A stretch of DNA of 64,000 bases. It comes from Tubiluchus corallicola (lineage: Eukaryota > Animalia > Priapulida). The position numbers and the translations under genes are program-made. Each line of letters starts with the position of its first letter. The first letter of the stretch is position 1. Location: NCBI GenBank assembly GCA_030141605.1, contig JAQGDQ010001012.1:1-64000 (forward strand), in the 5' to 3' direction. Of the stretch, positions 49,133-60,944 are shown one piece after another. Under the pieces are notes generated by a model. The model saw nothing but the letters and a program-made list of their open reading frames with translations, did not search any database and was not told where the DNA came from.

Positions 49133-49299
49133 CCAAAATTTACTAATTGTGTGACAGTTTTTGAAAGTCCTTCCAATTTGTATTAAAAAAGTTGAAAAAA
49201 ACCTTGGTTTTGTAAGATTTCATAAAGTTTTGCTAAATGAACTTACTGTGATTCTTGGTAATATTTTTATAATATTGCACATTTGCATACAGTTTGTAA

Positions 49300-49611
49300 T
49301 GGCGCGTTCAGTCGTAGAGACTTATCTCGCAGCTTGTTGCATAACTTCTGTCTGAGAATAAAGTCACACGTGTGAACAGCTTGGCAACTTCTGCGGCAAT
49401 TATTATGCAACTTCTTTCTGAGAGTAAAGTCGCACATGTGAATAGCTTGGCAACTTCTCTTGCAGACTTATTGCAAACTCAGTGAGAGTGTCAATTTACA
49501 CAAGTTAACTCTGGGGAACTCTCGCTGAGTTTGCAATAAGTTGCAAGAGAAGTTGCCATTCACACATGCGACTTTATTCTCAGAGAGAAGTCTCTATGTC
49601 TGAATAAGCCG
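49300..49611. mobile_element. PIF/Harbinger-like palindromic MITE
   Basis: GGC...TTCAG.C.TAGAGACTT inverted ends, TAA on both flanks and long internal inverted repeats. Confidence 0.8.
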
Positions 49612-49670
49612 TAACATCAGGCTTGTTTGGCTTTTCTTTTAGCATAACAAAAACTTTCGTTTTGTTCCAG

Positions 49671-49869
49671 AATCGTGAATCGTTTGTGGATGATTCATTT
49701 CCTCCTGTTTTGAAGTCACTGTACTATGATCTGGAGGAACCGGGAAAAGATCTTTCCATAAACTGGCGACGTCCGTCTCAGGTAGAATCAGGAAATACAG
49801 TAGAGGATCGTGTACCTTGGGCTGTTTTTCGTACACCATTGCCATCAGACATATCACAAGGAATTCTAG
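49671..49869 (+). CDS. CAPN15: SOL/calpain-15 exon, start of CysPc domain
   Basis: ttccag|NRESFVDDSFPP...WAVFRTPLPSDISQGILG|gtaaaa, phase 0 to 1. Confidence 0.96.
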
Positions 49870-50088
49870 GTAAAATGTCCAAGTCCATAAGCAGAGGTGT
49901 AGCTGATAATATAGATGTCCATTAGTAGCAGTTAGCTGCTAAGGCAAAATAACCTGTAAATATTCAGTTCAATCTGTCTGGTACTTACATTCCCATTATC
50001 TTTCACATAGAAGCAGTCAATGAGAGAATCGGGTTTGCATTAAAGTGACTGTAATATTTGTGTAGCTACATTTATGAATATTTGGCAG

Positions 50089-50282
50089 GTAATTGCTGGT
50101 TTCTTAGTGCTCTGGCTGTCCTAGCTGAACGTCCTGAGCTAGTTGAACAAGTCATGCTCACCAGACTCGTAAATCAAGAAGGTGTGTACCAAGTGCGGCT
50201 TTGCATTAATGGATGTTGGATGACTGTGTTAGTCGACGATTTTCTGCCTTGCCATATTTCTGGGTGTCTTGTTTATTCTCAG
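50089..50282 (+). CDS. CAPN15: SOL/calpain-15 exon containing the catalytic Cys
   Basis: [16 protein letters not shown]...VLVDDFLPC...LVYSQ, phase 1 to 0. Confidence 0.97.
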
Positions 50283-50399
50283 GTACTATTTCGTAGCCTG
50301 ATCTTACTGTCGGATTTTGTTTGATTATTCTAGGCAAAAATTCTGTAGTATGATGTGATGTCTATGGAGTTGTTGTTGTATGATGTTGCTGTAACCGAA

Positions 50400-52561
50400 A
50401 TGTATGTATCATAGGTGACACAGGATTTTGAGCAAGAACATAATTTAATAGTAGGCTTTGTCTACAGACCTCCGGGCGAAGATCCCCAACATTTCACTCA
50501 GCAATTATCTAATTTATTGTCTATCGCAACCCGTCAAAAGAAAAAGTTTTTATTCTTGGTGACTCAATTTTAATTTATTAACTTTTGTCAACACCAGAAA
50601 GCTACATCTCATTTTTTTAAACGCCATGTTCTCCAATAGTACTTTTCCTGTAATTACCCTACTGACACATATAACGTCTAATAGTTTAATGTTAATATTA
50701 CTAACGTAATTGAACATAAATTCATATCTGGAAATCCCCTTTTTTGACATCACCGATCACTTGCCAGTCTTTTAGGTAATTGATTTAAATGTCACTGCAT
50801 CTCATTTCTTCATGCATAGCAAAACTCTATAACAACTGCATTAAAACAAACTGTCTTCTGATTCGCATAATATTAACAGGAATGAGTGTACTCGACACCC
50901 ACACCATAAGAAGCATATAATTTATTTTTGGATAAATTTGAAACGTTGCAAAGTTATGAATAGGTAACAAAATGTTAGCGAATTCAACAAAGCAATAATT
51001 CATAATGTAGTAATGCAATATAAGAAAAATGCAGCTCGATAAAACAACTCAAAACACAACTAAATATGGAAGCTGTTAAAAAACCATCAGTACAGCAAGC
51101 AAAACTATCAAAAATATTAACATTTCAGTAAAGCAACAACAAATATAGTATGGCTGAGAAAAGTAGCTCAACAAAGCATTAATGCAGCTTAGAAATGCAA
51201 AAAAAAACAAAAATGCAAATTAAACAAACTCAATCTAATGCATTACTCAGGTGTGCTTTAAAGATATGTATTAGTAGCAATTTAAAGCAATTAATTAGTA
51301 TCAAACAATTAGATGCTTAGCAATGACAAGCCAGCAACATGCATTAATCTAGCATGTAGTAAAAGCAATGTACCTTTTGTACAAATTCATCAATAGAGTG
51401 CTTTATTTTGGATAAAACACCAATTAACATAACATTTTCTAAATTTGAATATTATCAAAACAAACTAGAACATATTAATATCTAATATTAATAAGAAAAC
51501 ATGGATTACTATTAAAGAGATTGCACAATCAAATACTAAATCAGCTACATACGCTCTCAAAATAAGCAATAAGTTAATAACTGCTAACAAGTTTGTCGCT
51601 TGTGAATTCAGTGAGCTTTTCTCACGTATCAGTCAAAAATTAGCTAAAGAAATTCCAAATACTCGTACTAACGTCCAAACTTTATCTTCAGAGTAACTAT
51701 CAATCTGTTCTTCTTTTTTATCAATATCAATATCTTTCTTCATTCTTTTTGCAGTGAACGAAATAAAATCTACTTGACCGTAACAAAGGGCAGGCATTGA
51801 TAATCTTCTCCCCAGAGTCAGAATTGATTTAATTCATCAATTAGCTGCTCCTTTAACACATATAAGTAATCCCTCATCAAGTCAAACAAACAGTTATTAT
51901 TCCTTTGTTTAAAGCTAAAGACTCATTACATGTTAATAATTGTCAATCTATATCCTTAGGATCCTTCTGTTCTAAAATATTAGAAAAGATCTCTATAAAA
52001 TATTAACAGCTTACTTTAATAAGCATAATTAACTTCATAATCATCAGTATGGCTCTATAAAGCACAGTTTCTACAGAGTTAGCCCTGGTTAATATAATGA
52101 ATAACATAGTTAATTGTTTAGAACAAAACACTTGCTATTGGATTTTTTGCGACCTCTGTAAGGCCTGCGATACAATTAATCATGATATACATAAAAGAGC
52201 CAGCCTTTAGGAATCAACATGGCGTTTATTAACCGCAGGCGATCGTTTCGACAGCAACTGTCATTATCAATGCCAGATATCAAGACAAACAAATAATACA
52301 TTTATGACATTTGCTGCACTGACATACTGACATTTGCTGTGGAAACTATCGGCTCCGCTTAATAAAGGCCCAGTTAATCATGATGTATAGTTTGATAAGT
52401 TATTTCATTATGGCATTATATGGGTCATATACTCATAGCTTATTAATTACCTTAAAGGGCCGAATTCAAGTAGTTAGATGTGACAGTGTCCTTTATAATA
52501 AAGCATTAGTCTCACATGGAGTGTCCCAGGGCTCCATTTTGGGACATCTATTGTTTTTAAT
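50400..52561 (+). mobile_element. Heavily decayed CR1/L2-group LINE (EN + RT)
   Basis: IVGFVYRPP, DITDHLPVF, GFF.DLCKACDTINHDI, GVSQGSILGHLLFLI. A possible continuation (FQFADDTSI) lies at about 58060-58140. Confidence 0.75.
52221..52371. mobile_element. Small degenerate inverted-repeat element (MITE-like)
   Basis: GGCGTTTATTAACCGCAGGCGATCGTTTCGACAGCA vs the reverse complement of the right end, GGCCTTTATTAAGCGGAGCCGATAGTTTCCACAGCA. Confidence 0.5.
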
Positions 52562-52564
52562 CTT

Positions 52565-55500
52565 GAAGTAGGTCAAAGCTGACGTCATTCCTTTGATGGT
52601 TGTCATTCCTTTGATGAGCTCGAAGGTGACTGACTAGACCAATTCTGGCCTGGAAAGTTCTTTGACATTTTGTGCAGGTGAGGTTGGGTGTTTGGACCTA
52701 TTGTTGGGCAGTGTCACATGCCTTGCGTCTCCTGTGCTTCTCCTCTGCCTCCTCAATTCTTTTCGCCTCTGCTGTCTTAGCCCCTGTGGTGATGGCACTC
52801 CGCCATGCTGAGCGATCTTGTGCAAGGGTTTCCATTGAGCGGATATCCATGCTGAGCTCCTTGAGTGAGGCATTCAGGCTGTCTTTGAAGCGTTTCTTTG
52901 GTACCATAGAGCATCTTCTTTGGTATGCGGTTGTCTGGCATGCGAATCACATGTCCTGCCCACCGGACTTGTGTTTTGAGGAGGAGTGTATAGATACTGG
53001 CTAGGTCAGCTCTTTTAAGTACCTCTGTGTCTGGCACCTTGTCCTGCCACTTGATGTGCAGGATTTTCCTCAGATAGCTCATGTGAAAGTGGTTAAGCTG
53101 TTTTACGTGTCTCCTATATAATGTCCAGGATTCACTGGCATAGAGGAGAATGGTGATGACGACAGCTCTATACATCTTCAATTTTGTGGTGGTTCTGATG
53201 CCTCTCCTGTCCCATACGTTGGAGCGGAGTCTTCCAAATGAAGCGCTAGCCTTGGCAATTCTGTTGTTGATTTCTGTATTGATGTTGGCAGCTGTGGTAA
53301 GGGTGCTCCCTAGGTATGCGAAGTTGTCAACAGAGATAAGTTCTTGACCATTCACTAAAATCTTTGGCTGAACCTGTGGGGCATCTTGGGCTGATTGGTA
53401 CATAACTTCAGTTTTCTTTGTAGAGATTGTTAGGCCATAGTTCTTGCAGGCTGATGCGAAGTGGTCCATCTCTCTTTGCATTTGTTATTGGGAGGTGGCA
53501 CTGAGAGCGCAGTCATCAGCAAAGAGAAAGTCTTTGAATGTGGTTACATGGGTCTTGGTGGTAGCTTGCAAGTGCCTGGAGTTGAAGAGGCTGCCATCTG
53601 TTCTGTATTTTATCTTAATGCCATCCTGGGTGTTTTCAAAAGCATCATGTGGCATGGCAAAGAACATCATGTTGAAGAGTGTTGGAGCGAGTACACAGCC
53701 CTGTTTTACACCATTTGTTACTTCAAAGGCTACAGACATGTCTCCGTCATCTAGGACTATGACCATCATGCCTTCATGAAACTGCCGCACAATATCAATA
53801 AACTTCTTTGGGCATCCACATTTTTCCATGATCTTCCAGAGGCCATTCCTACTGACAGTATCGAAAGCCTTGGTGAGGTCTATGAATGTCGTGAAGAGGC
53901 TGATGTTCTGTTCTTGGCACTTCTCTTGAAGTTGTCTTGCAGCAAAGATCATATCCACCGTTCCTCTGCCTGCTCTAAAGCCACACTGGCTCTCTGGGAG
54001 AAGATTTAGTAGGACACGTACCAGGATCTTACCCACTATGGACAGCAGAGATATACCTCTGTGGTTGTCACATGACTGCCTGTTCCCTTTTCGTTTGTAA
54101 ATGTGAACAACTGTAGCATCTTGGAGGTCTTGAGGAAGTTTGCTTTCCTCCCACATCAGCTGGAATAGGTCGGTAAGTTCTTGTAGCATTGCTGCCCCCC
54201 CCCCCCCCGTCTTGTAGATTTTGACTGGTATTCCATCAGCACCTGGTGCTTTGCCATGGGAGGTTTGTTCAATGGCTTTGACGATCTCCTCTAGTGTTGG
54301 TGGTTGATCTAGGTCTTCATTTATTTCCTTTTGGGGTAGTCAGTCTATTGCTTCGGCGTTTATGGATGATGGTCGGTTTAGAACAGTGTTGAAATGTTCT
54401 GCCCATCTTTCTAGGATGTGGCTTCTGATGTGGGGTCATTTTGATGTACTCTAAGTAGATGGTGTTTGGATGCTATCAAAGTGATAATTTCAGGATCGTT
54501 TTCGTCAAACCAGTCTTGATGTGTTTTCGTAGCAATCCCTAGATCAGTGGTTCCCAAAGTAGGGGTAAATTACCCCCCGGGGGTAATATGGTTTTTTTGG
54601 GGGGGTAACGGGCACCCCTCTGAAAATTTTTAAAACTTCGCTCAGAATGCATTTTACATAGTTTTCTTCTTGAAGAGACTGCCTCCGGCAGGCAACACTG
54701 TATCATGGGGTCCATCATTCGCACGTTCCCACGATCTCTGGTGCGATCCTGGGGAGAAGTCAAAGTTCACGATTGTTTCTTTGGTTTCTTCTCTATCGAC
54801 ATTTCTGCACAGCGTTTGAGTTTAGAGAAAGCTAGGCCCCTTTTACTATCTCTCTATCTTTTTGATACTAAGGAAAAGTGGATTTTGTTGTTGTCATTCA
54901 TTTCTTCTTGTTTTCGTTTGTTCGAGTAATAATTACGCAAACAAACCTGCTCACTCAGTAATGAGCAGGTTCAGTAATTGTAATTCTTGTTTTGGCAACA
55001 ATACAACAACAACACCTGGAAATTTATTTATGTCACGAGCAAACATAAATAATTTTGCTTGCTTGTGGCATATACGTGTGTTTACTTTTTGAGTTGGAGA
55101 AGTAGTACTAGGTGGGGGGTAATGGACACGACCGGGTTTCCCGATTTGGGTAACGGTCCGAGAAAGTTTGGGAACCACTGCCCTAGATGTTCATGGGCTG
55201 TTGAGTAGACCAGGTCTCTGAAGTGCTCCCATTTCTGGTCAACAGTGGTGGCGTCTTGAGATGACTCCGAGATCTTTTTGTCAAGGCTTTGGGAGAAGCT
55301 GCTAGCAGTTACCTTATTTCGAAGTTTCCCAACATCCAGTTTCTTCATGGTCTTTTTGCTTTGTGGCCGCCTTTTAGGTTGGATGTGTAGGCTGAGTTTG
55401 GATATGAGAAGATGATGATCTGTCCAGCACTCTGCACTTATCATTGCTTTGGTCACCCTCACGTCTTGCCGATCTTTCTTCCTGACGATGATGTAGTCTA

Positions 55501-56795
55501 TCAAGTGCCAATTTTTTGATCTTGGATGCATCCAGGTTGTTTTATTATGCTTGGGAAGGCGAAATAGTGTGTTTGTGATGATGAGTTCATGGTTTGCACA
55601 CACCTGTAATAGCAGGATCCCATTGCTGTTACATTTTCCCACTCCTTCTGTGCAGATAATTTCTTCCCATGATTGGTGATCTGTACCCACTCTAGCATTG
55701 AAATCTCCAAGTAGTATGAGTTTGTCTGATGTTGGAACATTTACGATGGTAGCATCTAACTCTTCATAAAACTTGTGCTTGACGTCATCTGGGTTGGTCA
55801 TGGTTGGGGCATATGCACTTATGAGTGTAGTTTTCTTCCCTTTCGTGAGGGGTAGTTGGAGAGTCATAAGCCGGTCGTTGATGCCATCTGGAAGTTTTAA
55901 GAGGTTCTTCACACCATTTCTGATTGCAAATCCAACTCCTGCCTCTCTTTTCTCACCTGATGGTCTCCCACTCCAAAAGAAAGTGTATCCGCCGCCAGCT
56001 TCAGAGGGTTGTCCTTTCTCTGCAAGGCGTGTTTCGCTGAGGGCAGCTATGTCAATTTTGTATCTTTGTAATTCTTTTGCTATAAGAGCAGTTCTTCTTT
56101 CAGGTCTGTTGGTGTTGCCATTGTCGAGTAGTGTCCTGACGTTCCAGGCACCCAATGTTAGTGTTATTTTTCTCTTGTTCTTTCGACCGCACAGATGGGA
56201 TTTCCCGCCAGACGCGGCTTGCTGGACCAGGAAAGTGTTGAGGGAGGCTATGTTTGGGACACCTTTTCTAGTCCGCTCCCCATGCTACGGGGGTGAGCAG
56301 AGCGTTCCTAAAGAGGAACTGCCTCGGCCAGTTGAGAGCGACCACATGCCCCGAGCCGCCTGTATGTAGATTTGTGACTGCAGCTTGAGTGTAATTTGCA
56401 CTTGCTGGTTCGCCATTCCACCATCGCCACAGGACTTTGAATTTTTGGTGGTGACCTGTCATTATGACTTGTGCGTGACTTGGTTTAAAGTGAGGGAGGG
56501 ATTGCACCAGGTCGCCAGCCTCACTCTCTCCACGCCAGAAGTATCATCCATGGGAAAGGCAGAGCCAGTACATCTGGTACTTCGGGCGTCGCAGGAGTTG
56601 TCGGAATCATGGTGACCTATGCAACATGACCCGCCTATAGGGACTCCAGCTCCGGATTTTTCCTTGGGGTTTACTCCAGAAGTCTTTCTCACAGAGGGTA
56701 TAGCCACAAGGCAGTGGAGGTTTGTGATCAGTGTTTTCCTTCACCTAGATGGATTGCCGGCCAAGGCTAAGGAGCCCCATTTACCCCCCCCCCCC
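52565..56795 (-). mobile_element. Near full-length RTE (BovB-like) LINE, disrupted
   Basis: 5' UTR with CTAGGTGAAGGAAAAC motif; EN (GAWNVRTLLD, SAYAPT, GDFNARVG, TDH); RT (QGCVLAPTLF, LFADD); C-terminal CTKC..SHLRAH. Carries a stop, deletions and a hAT insertion. Confidence 0.96.
54545..55180. mobile_element. Non-autonomous hAT (Buster-type) MITE, 636 bp
   Basis: TIR CAGTGGTTCCCAAA and perfect 8-bp TSD CCCTAGAT (54537-44, 55181-88). Confidence 0.96.
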
Positions 56796-57087
56796 GTTTG
56801 ATTGTATTATAAATAAAACAACATAATTATAGAAAAACTAACTAGCGCATGTTAAGTGCTAGTTGTGCATTAGTATGTTAGTTCCTTTCCTTTCGTATAA
56901 ACATTTTTTAACATTATGTCAATACTAAGTTCAATAAGATCTCTGCGGTGTTTTATTTCAAGTGTGGCCAAAATTTATATTAGATACCTACGTAACATTA
57001 GTATCCTGAAATAGAAATTATTTTTCTTGTTATAATCATGGTTAAAAGATGTGTATATATGTATATACAGTATATATATATATATAT

Positions 57088-57900
57088 TGATTATTGATTA
57101 TAAGTGTATTTATACGCAAAATTTTTTTGCGGGGCCTTTGCTAGTATATATATGGGTTTATATATAACCGACGAAGCTACAGCTGCGGCGACGGCATGTA
57201 TAGGTTCGCACCTGTGGGTTTATTTCTTGAATCAAACTGACTGGGACGAATGGGAGGCGAAAAATCTCCAAAAGTGGACATTTTTTCGGCCATTTTTCGC
57301 TCAACCTATACCTCTTATTTCTAGGGATCCAAAATGGGCCGCGGGTGGTGCTGGTAATGGTTGAATAACCTATTCAACGTTGGGTGTAATAGTCATGTTT
57401 AGATTTTGTGGGATGGTCAATAATACGCTCTACAGGCATTTTTTCAGACCCAACCACGCAAATTTTGCAGAAAACTGCTCAACTGCCCTCTAGAAAACTC
57501 AATTTGTGCTACTGTTTGGGCATGATTGGGAAAAATAAGCACACTCGCAGAAAGAAGATGAAATGGTCTACAAAATGTTGATGGTTTTGTTGGGAGAGAT
57601 GTATACTGGATGAAACGTGAGGGGTGAATGTCGAAGTTCTTTTTCTATCCCCCTGTGCTGCACGCTATTTGGAACATCCATTGTCGTTGAGTTTGAGAAA
57701 TTTTGAGAAAGTTTGAGTTTGAGAACGTTCTACAGTGTTATAGATTTTACATGTAAGTAAGTTGTGTTAGCCTATTATCATCTGAGAAGCAGCAAACAAA
57801 ACTATGTAGAATGTCCGTGCATTATTGATCATTGGTAGGCAGACTAAGAGCATTTATTATGGCACACAGTTTCGACTTTGTGCAAACTGTTCTTAGTGGT
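57088..57900 (+). mobile_element. Non-autonomous Helitron-like sequence (3' end followed by a related 5' body)
   Basis: Hairpin CGCAAAA..TTTTGCG then GGGCCTTTGCTAG|T at 57144. About 57247-57600 aligns by eye to the reverse complement of about 63650-64000. Confidence 0.6.
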
Positions 57901-58383
57901 TTTGCCGTGATACTGTATTGTTGGTGCTGGTGCTGTAGGTGTCATTACCGCTGGCATCATCATCGCCATCAACATCATGATCACCGTGTGATGTGGTGGG
58001 GTGGTAGGGTGTTTGTGAGGTTGGTGGAGTGGTGTGGGTGATGTGGTGGGTGTGGTTTAGTGCCTAGAAAACTGCATTACCGATAATGGATACGTCTTCC
58101 AATTTGCTGATGATACAAGTATTTTCTTTGAGATCAATAGTAAGCTATGGACACTAATATCATCAAAAAATATTGAACTCAGCAAAATCACAAGCTTGTT
58201 TATAATCAACAAATTATAAAAAATTGTATTCAGATTTTCTGCTTTTGTAAATTTACAAGTGAGCGAAATGGAAAATTCGCAAAGGTAACTAAAACACGGA
58301 GACTTAGTTCTCCTTTCACTTTCTATTATGTACAAAGTTTACTTGTGTTTGGTTTGCTGATGATGATGTGCTCATTCTTTTAG

Positions 58384-58528
58384 GCAAAGAGACGGCAGCT
58401 GTGGGTACCCATAATAGAAAAAGCTCTAGCAAAAGTACATGGGTGTTACGAGGCATTGGCATGTGGTCGGTCAATAGAAGGTTTAGCATCCCTTACTGGT
58501 GCTCCTTGTGAAAGTTTGCCATTGCAAC
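58384..58528 (+). CDS. CAPN15: SOL/calpain-15 CysPc exon
   Basis: tttttag|[46 protein letters not shown]|gtgcgt, phase 0 to 1. Confidence 0.96.
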
Positions 58529-58782
58529 GTGCGTCTTTAATTGAACTTCTTGTTTGAAAGTTTTGCTTCACTGCAGTGGAAGACTTGCAGTTTACAAAAA
58601 ATGTCTAGTTGTAGTTGTTGTTTTTATCATTGCTGTTTTTTGGCTTAAAAGTAGAGTTTTTGTTGAGTTTTCAAATCATTAGCAACTTTTTCTTTTAGCT
58701 TGTTACATGATAAATACTCCAAATTTAAGTATTTTATACCTAATGTGGCAATGGAGTTTGAATATTCAAATTTTTTTTGCAG

Positions 58783-58861
58783 CTTCTTCACTCAATGCTA
58801 GTGAAGAGGTGATTGACAATGATTTGATTTGGGCAAAGCTGATTAGCTCCAGAAGTGCTGG
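58783..58861 (+). CDS. CAPN15: SOL/calpain-15 CysPc exon (last visible; gene continues past the window)
   Basis: ttttgcag|PSSLNASEEVIDNDLIWAKLISSRSAG|gtaagt, phase 1 to 2. Confidence 0.95.
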
Positions 58862-60229
58862 GTAAGTTTTGAAGTTTAGCAAATTCTTAAAACTTACTGT
58901 CATGAAGAGAAGACAGAGCTACATACTTGTTCGTTTAATTTATGTTAGCTGTTAAATGCAAAATATCATAAATTTGTGATAAACTTCCTTTGTCGAAGCA
59001 AGTTTTGTACTATTCTTGGTTGTTTGGTAGTAAACACTTTCTTCCTTACTGCATTGGTATGGATCATTCTCCTGTAGTTTGTCACTTGTCCTGTCGTGTG
59101 AGAATGACATCTGTCAATCAAAGATCATAAAGGCATGAAATTTCCCACAATACACATTTAAACCAAATGGATCGCTATCAGATGGGTGATCACCTGGACT
59201 TTGGATGACCTTCAACACTGTAATTATATTAGGGGGCGTGAGCCATATGCCTCTATCATGACTGTTATCATTTGTTATAAATTTTGAAATATATTGAAGA
59301 ATACCTAAACATCTTTAGGCTGTAGTTCCTAACATGACTTGAATACCTTTTATAGGTTGAGGCCAAGGTCCTATTGATATTCAATGAGTTTACCATTTTA
59401 GGAAAGAAGCATATGTGTATTATCATAATATTTTTATCTGGTGTCATTTTGGATAATTTTGTGACCTTAAATTGGTGGACAGACCAAAAATTGTCCTCAT
59501 GATACTTTTGGCTAATAAAATAATTTCAACACAACATTTATTTCTCACTACATTCCCCTGAACTTGCACACAAACCAGCCTATTTGAGTTGTGCCTGGTG
59601 CAGGATGTCTTGTAACTGCAACCTGAGTTCGTAGCAAGACTGAGCTGGCCGAGGAAGTGTGGATCACAGCAATGTCCATCTGCCTTCTTTCCTTATCCAG
59701 CTGAATTCTCCTACATCTGGCAGTTGCTGTACAAGATTGATAAAACAGATCCAAGGGTACCTGGCATGCTTAGTATGTTCCTGTTGGGCTGCCTTTGTCG
59801 AAGGAAGTTTTGTACTATTCTTGGTTGTTTTGTAGTAAACATTTTCTTCCTTACTGCATTGGTACGGATCATTCTCCTGTCATTTGTCACTTGTCCTGTC
59901 GTATGAGATTGACATCTGTCAATCAAAGACTTCTTTGTTAGAATGTTATGCATACTGCTCAGCTTCTCAAGGGTCTCGGTAACCTTGGAGTGGAATCACA
60001 GCATCTTTACAATAAGCTGTTTATGGTATCAAATTGTTAGCTGATATATCTGCCACCGACATGTCACACTAGCTAGTAGCAACTTAGTTGATTAAATTTG
60101 TTGATCTTACTGAATTTTACCATTCTTCAGTCAGTCATCATACATCATAACACCATACAACCTGACTGCTTGATATCAATCCTCAACATTACCTTCCACC
60201 ATTGACCAATAATGCATGTATTTTGCAAG

Positions 60230-60400
60230 TAGTGTTCCTTTTACACAAGAATGTAAACAATCAGCCAAGTAAGCTGGATAAAATCCATGTAGTACTTTAA
60301 AGTTTAAAACTAATATTCTAAAAATACACAGACATGTAATTGCTAGCCAACGAAGATTATGCAAAGCTTTTGTTACACTATCAGTATTTTGTAATGACTA
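60230..60400 (-). mobile_element. L2-type LINE fragment
   Basis: LRWLAI...FRILVLNFKVLHGFYPAYLADCL resembles L2 'LHWLPV..RI.FK...KALHG.AP.YL'. Confidence 0.6.
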
Positions 60401-60944
60401 TTGAAACATTACTTTATATGAAAATGTATTATTGCATATATTGGCATTGATTTTCTAATCACTACAGCAGTGTGAAAGAGTCATCCACCCTCTTTTGTCT
60501 GATTGCAGTATTTAACGATTGGTTACGGGCAGCGGATGCTAACAGTATGATTTGAAATAATGTTTCTTAATTGCAACATTATCCATAAATCAATAGTTAT
60601 TCAATTACTGGTTGATAATAATTTGCTTGGTTGCCTCCTTTTTAAATGAGTGTTGGCAAAGGGTCAAACATAGGGGCAAAGTTCCTGAATTGCTTCATGT
60701 TAAAGGGTCTGTTCCTCAAGGGTCGTTATTGGGGCTCCTTTTATTTATTATTTACCTGCATGATCTGAAATCATGAAATCTGAAATACCCTGTAGAGATA
60801 ATGCCATACAGAGTACTACAGATAAGTCTACCATTCTGACAACATTTACCAGTGTTGAACAGTGTTTAAGTTTTTAAATTTAGGTTTAATTTATTTGTTA
60901 TAATTGAACATCTGTAATCCGGGAAACTGTGACAAAAATAGATA

